DNA of 64,000 bases from positions 352,001-416,000 of the forward strand of contig CAWGMQ010000004.1 of assembly GCA_963823665.1 (NCBI GenBank). The letters are read 5' to 3'. The translations under genes and the position numbers were made by a program. Source of the stretch: an uncultured Planctomycetota bacterium (lineage in GTDB: Bacteria; Planctomycetota; Planctomycetia; Isosphaerales; Isosphaeraceae). Below the pieces are notes generated by a model, which was given only the letters and a program-made list of their open reading frames with translations, was not told the DNA's origin and made no database searches. This document shows, piece by piece, positions 21,192-32,479 of this stretch. Within the stretch, counting starts at the first letter, position 1. Each line of letters begins with the position of its first letter.

Positions 21192-23593
21192 TGGTCCATA
21201 CCCCGTTCGAGTCGATGTCCATCAGATCAAAGTCGCGATAAAGGCTCAATCGGTTTGTCTCGTAGAGGACCCAGGTCGAGATCAGCGCGTTACGAGCAGA
21301 TAGCACACTGTTGAGCGCGGTCAAAAGGCTAAGAGTGGCGGATTGGTTTACGTCCAAAGGCACCCGCACCTCTTCCTCGGCGGATTCGAGCTGCGTCGCC
21401 GCGGAAAGGATCTGCTCGCGATTGACCTCAAAAGTGCGTTGCCAGAGCACGAGACTGCGCATGTCGAGGCGGATCTGCTGGACGATCTCGTCCCGATTCA
21501 GCATATAATTACGGCGCACCCGCTGGTAAGTGATCTGATCGCCACGATACTGGTTCCGTTCCACCCGGCGGTTGATCGGCGCATCGAACTGTAAGCCGAA
21601 CGTCTGAACATTGTTGCCGGCGTCGAAGTGGAACAGTCCGTTGTGGTTCGGTGATTCGTTGAAATTGCCGTTGTAGACGAAATTCAAGAAGCCCTGGAGC
21701 TGATTGGCGTCGACTTCGACGTTACGCCAGGCGTCGGTCACGAGCGCGAGCGAGTTTTGAAGATCGAGTCGATTGCCCAGCGCAATCTGAATTGCCTGAT
21801 TCACCGTCAGATCGACTGGAGGAAGCTTGATCAAGAACACGCGGATTCGAGTCTGGGTGACCGAGACGGCAGAAAAATCGGCGCGGAACTCCTTGCCAAC
21901 CAGGTCGCGGAGTTTCGTTGTCGCCTCTTTTGAAACCGCAGTTGGGAGAGCGGCTAGAAAAGCAGCCGCGCTTGCCTGGTCGTCATCGATGTCTTTGTTG
22001 GTTTCCGCGAGCGTGGTTTTGAGCCTGGCCAGCAAGGCGCGCTCGCGGTCAAAGACCTCTTTCTTGTGAGGCCCTTCCGGGCCTTCAAAGCCCGCCTTTT
22101 CGTCGGCCGCGAGCTTTTCCTGCCATTGCTGCGATTCGCCGACGACCTGGTCGTGAACGGCTTCGAGCTCGTCGTACATCTTCAAAAGCTGGCGGGTGAC
22201 GTCGGTTAGCTCGGCGATGGGCGGCTCGTCGTTTTGCACAAGCCGGAGTTGCAGCGCCTCCGTGCGGGTGCGCAAGTCGTCCAGGCGCTCGTCGTTGAGC
22301 TCGAACTGATCCAGCGGGGAATCGTCAATTCGCACCTCGACCTCAGTCGGCAGCCCGAGATTGATCTTGAAGCCGTCGAGCGAGGTCATCAGACCAGCCT
22401 GCGCCGACAGGAGCGCGGCCTGCGTGCTTTGATACGTGAACGCAATCTGCGAGACATCGAGTGCGCTCTTCGATCTCGGAAACTCGGCCTCGAGCAACGT
22501 GAGACTCTGCCTGGCAGACTTGACGTTCTTCTCCAGATTGCGAATGTTCTGAAGCTGATTGAGCAGGGCAAGATAGCCGGTCGACGCCGCATATGTGGAG
22601 TAAAAAGATGATCCGCCGGAGCCGGTCACCAGACTGACATAGAACTCGCGCCGGAATTGGGCAAAAGTACGCAGGTTGTAAAGGACGTTGCGTTCCTGCA
22701 GCGACAAATTCTGGGTGACGATCCTCGCCCAGGCCCCGCGCAAGAGAGGCTGGACGAAGTTGACAGTCAAATTCGGGCTGACCACCTGCACGCCCTTGTT
22801 CGAGTATTCGAACACGATGCTGTTGGCCATATTGACCAGGAGCTGGCCGCCCGACATCAGATTCAGGAGGAACCCGTTGGCCGCGGCGAGCTGAAGCTGA
22901 TTGTTCAGGTTCGGCTGGACAAGTGCAGGCGTCGCCGCGTCGGTTACGCCTGACACGCCGCCGGATGAGATCGTGCCGTAGGTGGTCGTCGGCGTGTTCG
23001 AAACAACTCCGTCGGCCGTCAAAGGCGAAAAGAACGCGCCCCAGTTGCTGTAGCCCTGAATCATGAACTGGAACCGCGACAGCGTGAGCGAGAGCGCCGA
23101 CAGATAAACATTTTCAAACGCAAACTGATAATCCCGGCTGTTCACCATGGCGATCCGCATGATCGAGTCTTTGCTGAGCAGCACCTTGCCGTCGGACTCG
23201 AGCGGAACGTAAGGCTGCCAGGAGAGGTCTTCGATCGGCGTCGTGCCGCGGTTCTTCCAGCCTCGGAATTCGAACGGAAACCGCGACGAGAACCTGAAAC
23301 CGCCGCGCCGCAACCTCGTCGGTCACGAGCGGCACGTGATTGGGGTCGTTAAGATCGGCCATTCGCGAGATAGGAGGTGCCTCGACCGGCCGCTCGGGAA
23401 CCTTCCATCGCCAGTCGAACAGCCGCTCCTTGAGGATGTTGTAGACGTCGTTATCGGCGTAGTTGTGGTAATACGCGCGCGTACAACCGCCCGTGGCCAC
23501 GAACGCGGCAAGCGCCACGAGTGGCCAATTCCAGAGCGATCTCGATCGGGAGCGCTCGCGCAGCTTCCCGACTGCACGTGGAGTCGCCTGCAT
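20872..23593 (-). CDS. TolC-family outer-membrane lipoprotein (frameshift near 23292)
   Basis: Lipobox VATGGC; NSRDYQ...E.VYLSAL.L...RF, QPLLRGA, ALGNRLDL.N....V.DAWR, GLQFDAP..R..ERN.YR. Confidence 0.85.
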
Positions 23594-23882
23594 CCTGTTC
23601 CTGTCTGGTCGAGCTTGTGGGCGCGGCCCCCGCAGGGAGGTTAACCTCCCTATTCTGACAGAGATGACGAGGCGATTCTATCGCAAAATGACAATTGTAC
23701 AAGACGAGTCCCAACGCCTACCGGCGCGATTCGGTATCGGAACAGCGGCGACCGTCACGCAGGCGAGGTCTGGTACACCGTAAGCCGTGCGAAATCAAGA
23801 TGTTGCGCCAGCCAGACAAGGCTGCCATCGGCCTGTTCAAACGAGACAAGGGTAGGGTCACGCGCACGATGGATCGTAGCAA

Positions 23883-23945
23883 GTAGGGTGGGTGCAACCC
23901 AACGGCCGTACTGTGATGTCGGATGGTGGGTTGCACCCACCCTAC
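23883..23945. repeat. Inverted REP doublet (REPIN-like)
   Basis: GTAGGGTGGGTGCAACCCAACG, a ~20-nt spacer, then GGTGGGTTGCACCCACCCTAC; intergenic. Confidence 0.8.
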
Positions 23946-24010
23946 GGAGACGCCCGGCTGGGGGATTTCACTCGAACGGTGTACGTTTGCCGGCACGCGC
24001 CAACGATCGA

Positions 24011-25307
24011 TCAGGGCTTCTGGCTTCCTTGCCCCGCGACACGAGCGGCCGGACCGAGGCGGGACAACGCCTTCTGCGCCTCCGAATCGAGCGGGTCGCC
24101 CGCGATCGCCAGTCCGAGCCACGCGCGCGCCTCGCTGTCGCGGTGGAGCGCGGCGCAGGTAACGCCGAAGTCACGCATGAGGTTCAAGTTTTCCTTCGCG
24201 CCTTCGGCGTGAGCGCGCTGGAGCAGCGTATTGAGCCGGGCGAGCTTGGCCGAGGTTTCCTTGAATGCCGTAGCTTCCGCCTCGTTCCCGTTTAGCCAGA
24301 AAGCGACGCGCAAGCCGTTGAGCGTCTCCGAATCGTCGGGGTCGGCGGCGTACGCGAGCCGGAAGTCGCGCAAGGCCACCGCCACATCACGGATCGCGAG
24401 TGCTTTGCGGCCGCGTAGCCGTGCCAAAGTGGGATTGTCAGCCGGCCCCGCCGCGAGCAGCCTGTCGGCTTCCTTGCCATCTTCGAGGTCGAGCGCGAGC
24501 TGCGCCGGATCGCCAGGGCTTCCGGATCGTCGGTGGGCAGCACACTGAGTGTCTGTAGCGATGGCACGCTTCGCCCCATTCGGCGAAAAACATCCGCCAG
24601 CGCCAGCCTTGACCAGCGGTCTTCCGGGTCCGCTTCGACAAATCGAAACAGCTCCTCGGCAACATCTCCGGGTTCCCAGAGATTGTTTCGCACCGACGTC
24701 CAGTGGTAGACGTCGTCGAACGAAAGGGTGGTCAATCGCGCAAGCACCTCAAACTCGCGATTGAATTCGGCCCGCCGGACCTGGATTCCATAGATGCGGA
24801 TCAACTCGCGGTGTGCCAGCGCAAGGGAAGGGTCGAGACGGACCGCATCCCGAAAGGCTCGCTCCGCGTATCGCACCCGGTTGCGACGGCGCTCGATCTG
24901 TCCGGCGATGAGATGTGCTTCCGCGGCGATGGGATGGTCGTCCGGCACGTTCTCCAGATCGGCGAGTGCAAGCGCCAGGTGATCTTTGATTGCCGCCAGC
25001 TCCGCCCGCAGGAACCAGTCCGCCGGCGTCGGCCGGCGGAGCTGGCTGAGTCGTTCCAGGTCGGCCGCGACCGCTTCGTAACGCCCGGCCCGGAAACTCG
25101 CCTGCGCCCGCTGCCAGATCTCGTCGGGGTTTGCCGGCTTGACTTGGACCTTCCAAAGCGCCCAAGCCGCGATTGCCAGGATCAGCGCACCGAAGCCGGA
25201 AAGAACCAGCCAGGTGCGCCTGCGTGGCGACGACCCCGGCTTTGAGACGTTGCGCCAGTGCTGCCCGCGCGCGTGTTTGGCCGAGACTTTGCAGGTTGCC
25301 GGCCCAT
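24011..25307 (-). CDS. TPR protein with N-terminal TM (frameshifts near 25240 and 24505)
   Basis: WLVLSGFGALILAIAAWALW followed by TPR helices, AHRELIRIYG.Q.RR..., ending EARAWLGLAIA.DPLDSEAQKAL; paralogous to 29307-30589. Confidence 0.72.
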
Positions 25308-25457
25308 GAATGGCTCACGACCCAAGCCGTTATCGATCTGCAATCACTCGGCAAAAGGCGAAACGACGCGCGACAGACCCGACTCGCGCAGAGATTCGCA
25401 GCGCGGAGCTTCGCCTCAAGACTCCACCGATCTCGTGCGTTGTCGCGTCAAATGTGC

Positions 25458-25494
25458 AAAAAGAGAGAGCCAAGGCATGTGCCTTGGCTCTCTC
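25458..25494 (-). terminator. Intrinsic terminator after DUF1559 gene 1
   Basis: 14-bp perfect stem GAGAGAGCCAAGGC/GCCTTGGCTCTCTC, 4-nt loop, T-run on the minus strand. Confidence 0.8.
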
Positions 25495-25545
25495 GAACCG
25501 GATTTAGCTTGCGCTCGAACGCGGTGTTCGAGCCAGGCGCATTTC

Positions 25546-26670
25546 TCAGTACTGGTCAGAGCTGACAACTTCGCCGCCGTTACGCGTCGAGAGCTGCTGC
25601 AGCACGCCGATTGCCGTCTTCAGGCCGATCGCGTAGGTGAGGGTGTCCGGACTGCCTGCCGTGACACCGAACGGCATGCACGTGGTCGACGGGCTGCCCG
25701 GCGTTCCGATCGTCGAGGGATTGATCTGCCAACTCGAGATGGAGTCTTTGATGAACTTGACAGAACCATCCGCGAAGGCGACGTTGGCACCGCCAGGGTG
25801 GAAGCTGCCGATTGACGAGACGAATTCATCGGGGCCGGTCGTGCCGGCGCACACCGGACCGAGGACCACGTTGAACGGCGGCCGTTGCCACACGTTGATC
25901 CCGTAGAGCGTGCAGAACATGGTGTCGCCGTAGTTGCCGGAGGTCCACCAGTTCCAGCAGTAGACGTCGCCGGCGGGGAAGCGTCCGTGGCCACGTTCTG
26001 CGGCCAGAAACGTATTGCTCGTTCCGTCGGTGACGGCGGCGAGACTGACGTGGCTCAGGTAGTAGACGAGCCCGTTCATCTGCTGTTCGCCCGGCGCGGC
26101 GTCGGCTGTGGCCTGGCAGTTCGCCTGGATGACGGCGTTCGTCTGGTCCATGATGAAGAACTCGCCGGAGTTCATGCCGTAGGACGTGTACCGCATCGGC
26201 AGGGCTCCGCCGTTCAGGTTGCCCGTGGGATATGTGTAGGGGTCAGCCACGCGAGGATCGCTTGGGCACCACAACATGGCGATGCCCACACCCGAGCACG
26301 TGGTGTTGGCGGCATTGTACATGTTCTGGCTGAAATTGGCCGAGTTGAAAACCACGCCCTGTTCAAAGTAGCCCGACATGGCGATGAGGCAGCTTCCGCT
26401 CGTCCAGCAATAGGTGCTGACCGGGTCTTTCTGCCACTGAATTCCCTGGGGGAAAACGTTGTTGGCCGAAAGGTAGTTATGAGTGGCCAGCCCAATTTGC
26501 TTCAGGTTATTGATGCACTGGGCGCGGCGAGCTGCTTCCCGCGCGGATTGAACCGCCGGCAGGAGCAGCGCGATCAAAACGGCGATGATCGCGATGACCA
26601 CGAGTAGCTCGATGAGGGTGAAGCCACGCGGCTTCATCCGACGACGAATGGGACTGATCATTGAGTTCAC
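25546..26670 (-). CDS. DUF1559 prepilin-like protein (N-methylation motif plus H-X9-DG motif)
   Basis: [74 protein letters not shown]. Confidence 0.95.
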   Translation of the reverse strand: MNSMISPIRRRMKPRGFTLIELLVVIAIIAVLIALLLPAVQSAREAARRAQCINNLKQIGLATHNYLSANNVFPQGIQWQKDPVSTYCWTSGSCLIAMSGYFEQGVVFNSANFSQNMYNAANTTCSGVGIAMLWCPSDPRVADPYTYPTGNLNGGALPMRYTSYGMNSGEFFIMDQTNAVIQANCQATADAAPGEQQMNGLVYYLSHVSLAAVTDGTSNTFLAAERGHGRFPAGDVYCWNWWTSGNYGDTMFCTLYGINVWQRPPFNVVLGPVCAGTTGPDEFVSSIGSFHPGGANVAFADGSVKFIKDSISSWQINPSTIGTPGSPSTTCMPFGVTAGSPDTLTYAIGLKTAIGVLQQLSTRNGGEVVSSDQY

Positions 26671-26727
26671 TCCTCGAAAAGAACGATCGGGTAAAACGTT
26701 GAAAAACAGGTCAAGAATTGGCTGTGC

Positions 26728-27021
26728 TCACTGTGGTTTAGCGTCCCCGGCTGGCGCGACATTCGCACCGTTGCCGCCTTTAAAACTGCCCTTCACGACG
26801 GCTCCGCCCTTACCCCCCTTGTTTTTTTTGAGCTGCTCGTTGGCTGCTTGCTCTGTTTTGTTGATGTTATCCGCAGTCGTTGCAGCTTGCTGCTTCGCCT
26901 CGGGACTCGTCGGGTCGGCCGCAGAGTCGCACCCGGCGATCAACGCGACGGTGAATACCAGGCCAAGCGACGTCAGCCCGACGGCCAGCTTGGACACGCT
27001 ACGAAGAAGATGATGACACAT
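26728..27021 (-). CDS. Small lipoprotein
   Basis: GGAGA SD; lipobox LIAGC; Lys/Gly-rich tail; directly upstream of DUF1559. Confidence 0.75.
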   Translation of the reverse strand: MCHHLLRSVSKLAVGLTSLGLVFTVALIAGCDSAADPTSPEAKQQAATTADNINKTEQAANEQLKKNKGGKGGAVVKGSFKGGNGANVAPAGDAKPQ

Positions 27022-27101
27022 GAAAGTACAGTCTCCAAAGAAAAGTTCGCGCCCTGGTGGTGTGGTGCGATTAAGCCCAGCAGCGAAACCGGCACGCCGA
27101 A

Positions 27102-27115
27102 TCAAATCACGTCAC
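27102..27115 (-). promoter_or_regulatory. Candidate shared regulatory motif GTGACGTGATTTGA
   Basis: 13/14 identical to 34043-34056; both lie 80-100 bp upstream of the lipoprotein-DUF1559 units. Confidence 0.45.
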
Positions 27116-27546
27116 TGCGGTCAAACTCTGACCGGCACACGGCCGCGAACTGAGAGTTACGTTTGAGTCGGTCCGGTCGCTCGTTCGACCTCCTTTGACT
27201 CACATTGGACGTGCAACCGTGCCTCCAACGTCGTCAGGTGTTGCCGAGCAAAGCGCCGGGGAGTCACGCAGAGAAGCTGCTAACCAACGATCGGATGACG
27301 AATTCGTGGTTATTCAAAATATCTGCTATGAAGCACTCGAGTCAATAGTCTAGTGGCACCCTACTCGGATTCCTCACGCAAACCAGGTACCATCATCGTA
27401 CTAACTAGGACTCGAATAGCTCTAACCTGTTGCCATCACAGGAAAGAAACTCACGACTTTCTAGAACATTTGTTAATCCCGCTTGCAACGGGCTCGCCTT
27501 GCAACGCCTGCAGATTGGGCATGCCCGCACAAAGATCGAACACGAT

Positions 27547-29157
27547 TTACTTTTGACCGAGCGCTTCAAGCGCCTTGGTCGCGGCCTTGTGGACGTTTGG
27601 ATCGGGGTCGTTTTTGAGCGCCTCGATCTCCGGAGCGGCGCCCGCCGCCTTGGGACCGAGCTCTTCAATTGCTTCGACCACTGCGATTCGCGATGATTTC
27701 GACCCGGACCGAAGCGATTCCTTGAGCGCGTTCAAGACTGTTTTCGATGACGACGCATCCGCGGCGATCGAGCTGAGAGCCCTCGTCGCGGCATCGGCGT
27801 CGCTTCTCGCGGTCATGCTCGTTCCGTCAGCGGACTCCTCAAGCATCTTGACCAGGCCGGTGATCGCCGGTGCGGCTGTCGCGCCGAACTTTCCCAGGGC
27901 GTCGGCTGCCGACGCGCGACGCTGGCGGGCCGCGCCCCGCACAACCCGCGAGAGTGCGGCAACGGCCTGCGCTGCCAGTGGTGAGCCCGGCACGATTTCG
28001 CCCAGTGCCTTGGCGGCTTCGTGGGCCGGGCCGGTGAACGTGGTTTGAGCCGAGCGCCCTCCTCCAACAGTCGTGCTGTCACTGCTCAAAGGCTCATCCA
28101 GCACCGCGATCAACCGGGGGACCGCGTCTTTCGCCTGAGAGCCGAACCGTGCCAGCATCGCGATGACATGCATCCGAACCTGGCGATCGGGGCTACCGAT
28201 GCCCTCGACGAGCGCGGGGATCGCCGCGGGCGAGATCGCCGATTTCTTGATCTGGCGCAGGGCTCCGACACTCGCCTGATGAACGGTTGGATCGCTCTCT
28301 GAGGCCATCCGGATCAAGGTCGGCACAACTGGGTCCAACCCGCGCTCGAAGCTCGGAAGCGCCTTTCCTGCCTCCGCGCGAACCACCGCAGTTCGATCCT
28401 TGAGCGCAGCGATGAGCTGCGGCGGCGGTTCCGGCGAGACCTTCGGGCCGGCGGAGCCGAGCGCGGTGGCGGCCGCTGAGCGGACGGTGTCATCGCTGTC
28501 GCCCAAGGCTGCGATGAGTGCGTCCACGATGGGTTTGTACTCCACGGGTGACTTGGCCGGCGCCGACGGTTTGCTCGAACTGTCTCCACCACCTTTCTTC
28601 GACGCGGCCCTCGAGCCCGGCGGCCGGGGTGACGTCGCCGCGATGTTGCCGAGTGCGGCGGCGGCCGACGCGCGGACAGTGCCCTCATCGTCCTTCGCCA
28701 GCAAAGAGATCAGTGCGTCGATTGCACCATCGACCAGTCCGCCATCGGAACCCGCGGCGGCAACTCCGGACATCTGCGCCCAAACGGCATAGGAGCCGAG
28801 CAGTCCCAGCGATTCCGCTGCCTGGGCGCGAACCAACGGCTCCTTATCACGCAGAACCTGCAGCACCGCGGGAATCGACCTTTCGCTCTCGGACAGACCG
28901 CTCTGCGCAACCTCACGTATCGCCTGCACACGCGCTGCCGGATCGCCCGATTGCAAGGCCTGGAGCGCGACGCCGCCTGCAGGTGCCGGGCTCTCCGCTG
29001 GCGCGCGCAGCAGCCAGACCGCGATCAGCACGCACGCCCCGACGCCAACGACGGCCAGGACCGAGTTACGAAGAACACCACTGTTCGAACGCGGCGCCTC
29101 ACCGGGACGCATCCCGGCCCTGGTTCCGCCATCGCCACCTTCGCTCCTATTCATCAA
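27547..29157 (-). CDS. HEAT-repeat protein with N-terminal TM
   Basis: Repeated L.D....VR..AA.ALG units. Confidence 0.88.
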   Translation of the reverse strand: MMNRSEGGDGGTRAGMRPGEAPRSNSGVLRNSVLAVVGVGACVLIAVWLLRAPAESPAPAGGVALQALQSGDPAARVQAIREVAQSGLSESERSIPAVLQVLRDKEPLVRAQAAESLGLLGSYAVWAQMSGVAAAGSDGGLVDGAIDALISLLAKDDEGTVRASAAAALGNIAATSPRPPGSRAASKKGGGDSSSKPSAPAKSPVEYKPIVDALIAALGDSDDTVRSAAATALGSAGPKVSPEPPPQLIAALKDRTAVVRAEAGKALPSFERGLDPVVPTLIRMASESDPTVHQASVGALRQIKKSAISPAAIPALVEGIGSPDRQVRMHVIAMLARFGSQAKDAVPRLIAVLDEPLSSDSTTVGGGRSAQTTFTGPAHEAAKALGEIVPGSPLAAQAVAALSRVVRGAARQRRASAADALGKFGATAAPAITGLVKMLEESADGTSMTARSDADAATRALSSIAADASSSKTVLNALKESLRSGSKSSRIAVVEAIEELGPKAAGAAPEIEALKNDPDPNVHKAATKALEALGQK

Positions 29158-29306
29158 ACAACCCTCTCAGGTTCGGCGCGTTCTGCAACCGGCAGATAAG
29201 AAATGGAAAAGTACCAAGGCAGTTGAGAGTGGGTATTTTATGCGCTTGCCGCTGGCGATGCCAGATGACGGCGTGCTCACGGCCTGGCCAGGAGAGCCGG
29301 CACGGC

Positions 29307-30589
29307 TCAATTCCGCGAGTTCTCTGGACGGACTTGGTGCTCGTCTCGAGCAAGCTTGCCGTCGAGGTTGAACAACCGTTTCTGCACGTCTGCGGCCAAC
29401 GGATCGCGCGCCAGCGCCAGCCGATACCACCCCTGCGCCTCGGCAAGGCGCCCCAGTGCCAGGCAGGCGTCGCCGATCGAGCTCGAACACCTTGGGGTCA
29501 TCATGCTCTCTCGATGCACGGGCGTTCTGGATCAGCCAATCAAGGTGGTCGCGGGCTCGAGCCGCTTCGAGGTAGGGGGCAGCCTCATTGGCGCGGCCGG
29601 ACGCGCGGAGCGACTGGCCCAGGCCGAACAGGGTGTCGCGGTCGTCAGGCTCTTCGGCGAGTGCCGCCCGAAAATGGCTCACGGCGGTGATATCGCCACG
29701 TCCCAGTGCCAGCCGGCCGCACAGTCGCGCAAGCGCCGGGTGACCGGAGGGGCCCTCTGCCAGCAGACGATCGGCCAGTTCCACCGCGCCGCGGTCGATT
29801 GCCAGCCGGGCCCGTGCCGCACGGGCTACAGGGTCCTGGGCACTTAACGGAGCCAGCGACTCTTCGGCCTCGTCGACCCGGCCGAGCCGCCGCTGGTTCT
29901 CCGCGAGAGCCAGTCGCAGCGTTCGATCGCCGGGATCATTCGCCAACATCGACTGGAGCTTCGCCGCAAACTCCGCCGGGCCCAGGTCCTGGCGGCGTCC
30001 CAGGCACCATAGATAAAGGTCGTCGAACGTCAGCACGGTCGTCTTTGCCAGGCCACGGAATTGAGCGATCAGATCATTCCGTCGCCCCTCGATGGCATAC
30101 AGATCGACCAGCCCGCGGCGCGCCTCGGACAGAGTGCCGTTCTTGGCCACGGCCTGTAGCAGGGCCGCCTCGGCGGCCCCGGCCCGATCTCGAGCGAACT
30201 CGAGCAGTCCGCGGGCCTGGCAGATGGTAGCGATGTCGGGGTCGGCGTTGGTGACGCCGTCGAGCGCGGCGACCGCGTCGTCGAGCCTTCCCCGTTCCCT
30301 GGCGATCTGGGCGCGGAGCAGGCGCTCGGCGAGGGTCACACGGTGCTTGGTCCTCGAAAGTTCAGCGAGGGCTCGTTCTGCCAGATCGTGCGGCGCCGTT
30401 CGACCAGCAGGTGTGAGCGTATTGAATCATATCTTCAGCACTCTCCTGGCTCATCTGCGCCGGCTGACGGGTCAGCCACGCCCAGGCGCCGATCCCGGCG
30501 AGAGCCAGCACGACCAGCACGAGCCAGATTCGCCGCGCTCGGGCTTGTGCGACTCTGGGCTGCTCGTGAGCGGGCGGCGACTTGGTCAT
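29307..30589 (-). CDS. TPR protein with N-terminal TM (frameshifts near 30412 and 29485)
   Basis: ATGA-coupled to the CRTAC1 gene; IWLVLVVLALAGIGAWAWL; TPR helices; ends EAQGWYRLALARDPL. Confidence 0.75.
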
Positions 30590-32382
30590 TCCTTCGGTTC
30601 CCGGATCTCGTGCGACCGGCTGGTCGCAACCTTGTCGAGGCGGGTCAAGGCGCCCGATGGCCACTTGACCGTGACCCGGGCGAAGTCAGCCGGCGAGCCC
30701 AGGCCGATCAACAGCCGGGGATCGTGCGAGGACATCAGGCTGCTGCCCCCCTTGCGCAGGCGATGAATGGTGCGGCCGCCCGCTTCCACGATCACGGTCG
30801 CGCCGATCGCGTCGCGATTCGAGCGGGTGCCGACGAGCTTGAGCCGGATCCAGCAGCCTTGTTGCGGCGTGTCGTTGCGAAGAATCGCTGGTGGACCGTC
30901 TTTGTGGCTGATGACGATGTCCAGGTCGCCGTCTTCGTCCAGGTCGCCGCAGGCCAGGCCGTGGGCAACGTGGTTGGTCTCGAAGTAGGACCCCGCCCCT
31001 ACCGTGGCGAGCTGGAACCGCTTTCCGCCCAGGTTCCAATGCAGCAACGGAGGCTGGGCATAGCCCGACGGTTGACCGGGAAGCTGAGCGTTGTCGTCGA
31101 TATGGCCATTTGCGACCACAATATCGGGCCATCCGTCGCCGTCGAAATCGGCCAGAGCACACCCCCAGCCGATCCAGGGAAGACTGTCGACCGCCAACCC
31201 GAAAACTGCCGTCACGTCCAGAAAAGTGCCTGGCCGCAGGTTCTTGAACAGGGTGTTGTACTCCTCCTGGAAGTTGGTGACGAACAGCTCGGGCGCGCCA
31301 TCGCCATCCAGGTCTTCGGTGTCGACACCCATGCCTGCCGAAGTACGACCCTCGATGTTCAAGCCGGCGCCTGACTCGTCCGTCGCGTCGCGAAAGGTGC
31401 CGTCGCCGCGGTTCAAGAAGAGAAAGTTCGGGTCCTGATCGTTGGCGACGTAAAGGTCGACCCGGTTGTCGCCGTCCAGGTCGGCCGTGACAGCGCCGAA
31501 GCCGTGGCCAAGGGCGCGGTCGATACCGGCCAACCGGGTGGCGTCCGAGAACGTGTGATCGCCGTTGTTGCGAAACAGCACGTGCCGCACGGGCCGCAGC
31601 TCCTTGGGAGAACAATAGCGGCGGATCTTCCGTTTGGAATCGCCGCAGAACCGGTCGTCGCGCGGCCACTGCCAGTCGCCATAGCGGGTGACGTAGAGGT
31701 CGAGATCGCCGTCGTTGTCGAAATCCAGGAACGCTGCGCTCGACGACCAGGAATCGGGTGCGCGAACGCCGGCTTGCCCGCTGATGTCGCTGAAGGTGCC
31801 GTTGCCGTTATTAAGGAAGAGGGCATCGCCGCCGTAGTTGCAAAGGAATACGTCTTGATCGCCATCGTTGTCGATGTCACCGGTGATGACGCCGTGGCAG
31901 TAGCCGCGGAATCCCAGACCCGACCGCTCGGTGACGTCCTCAAACCGGCCACCGCCCGAATTGCGGTACAGGCGGTTGGCTACAGCGCGCGCCGGATCGA
32001 TTGGCAGCAGATTGCCCGTCGCGAAACAGAGGTCCATCTTGCCGTCGTTATCGAAGTCGAAGATCGCCACGCCCGAGCCGTTGGCCGTGGGGAACTGCTT
32101 GGCCTCGGTCATTCCCGAGACATGAACGAAGTCGACCCCGGAACCGGGCCGGATGTCGGTGAAGCGGAACGGACCGGCCGGGCTCGCCGTTTTCTTATTC
32201 TCGATGGCAGGATCGCGCGGCTTGGCGGCGCTCTCGTGGCCCTTTCCAGCGATGCTCTGCGGCGCGCGGGCGTCCGCCGCCGGCTGGCCCGCAGCCGGCT
32301 GACGGCTGTCGCAGCCAGCGGACAGAAGGGCCATCACCGCGATGCAGGAAAACCAGAAGCTCCAGATCGACGCTTCGTTCAC
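30586..32382 (-). CDS. CRTAC1-family FG-GAP/ASPIC-UnbV lipoprotein
   Basis: Lipobox LSAGC; repeated D.D.DG..D motifs; C-terminal L.GT.SNRDAIGA.V...GGSS..S..D.RL..GLG...V.WPSG. Start is approximate. Confidence 0.92.
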   Translation of the reverse strand: MNEASIWSFWFSCIAVMALLSAGCDSRQPAAGQPAADARAPQSIAGKGHESAAKPRDPAIENKKTASPAGPFRFTDIRPGSGVDFVHVSGMTEAKQFPTANGSGVAIFDFDNDGKMDLCFATGNLLPIDPARAVANRLYRNSGGGRFEDVTERSGLGFRGYCHGVITGDIDNDGDQDVFLCNYGGDALFLNNGNGTFSDISGQAGVRAPDSWSSSAAFLDFDNDGDLDLYVTRYGDWQWPRDDRFCGDSKRKIRRYCSPKELRPVRHVLFRNNGDHTFSDATRLAGIDRALGHGFGAVTADLDGDNRVDLYVANDQDPNFLFLNRGDGTFRDATDESGAGLNIEGRTSAGMGVDTEDLDGDGAPELFVTNFQEEYNTLFKNLRPGTFLDVTAVFGLAVDSLPWIGWGCALADFDGDGWPDIVVANGHIDDNAQLPGQPSGYAQPPLLHWNLGGKRFQLATVGAGSYFETNHVAHGLACGDLDEDGDLDIVISHKDGPPAILRNDTPQQGCWIRLKLVGTRSNRDAIGATVIVEAGGRTIHRLRKGGSSLMSSHDPRLLIGLGSPADFARVTVKWPSGALTRLDKVATSRSHEIREPKE

Positions 32383-32404
32383 AATCCCATTTGAGCGTTC
32401 GAAC

Positions 32405-32439
32405 AAAAAGAGAGCCAGGGCAATCCCTGGCTCTCTTTT
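32405..32439. terminator. Intrinsic terminator after DUF1559 gene 2
   Basis: AAAAAGAGAGCCAGGG-CAAT-CCCTGGCTCTCTTTT hairpin with A/T runs on both sides. Confidence 0.8.
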
Positions 32440-32479
32440 GAAGCGCGCGGTTAATGATCGCAGTGCAGCGTGGCGCGAA

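Noticed and set aside
27120..27540. Long intergenic region as an ncRNA or riboswitch
   Set aside because: No recognisable conserved RNA motif by eye; it would need an Rfam/Infernal search.
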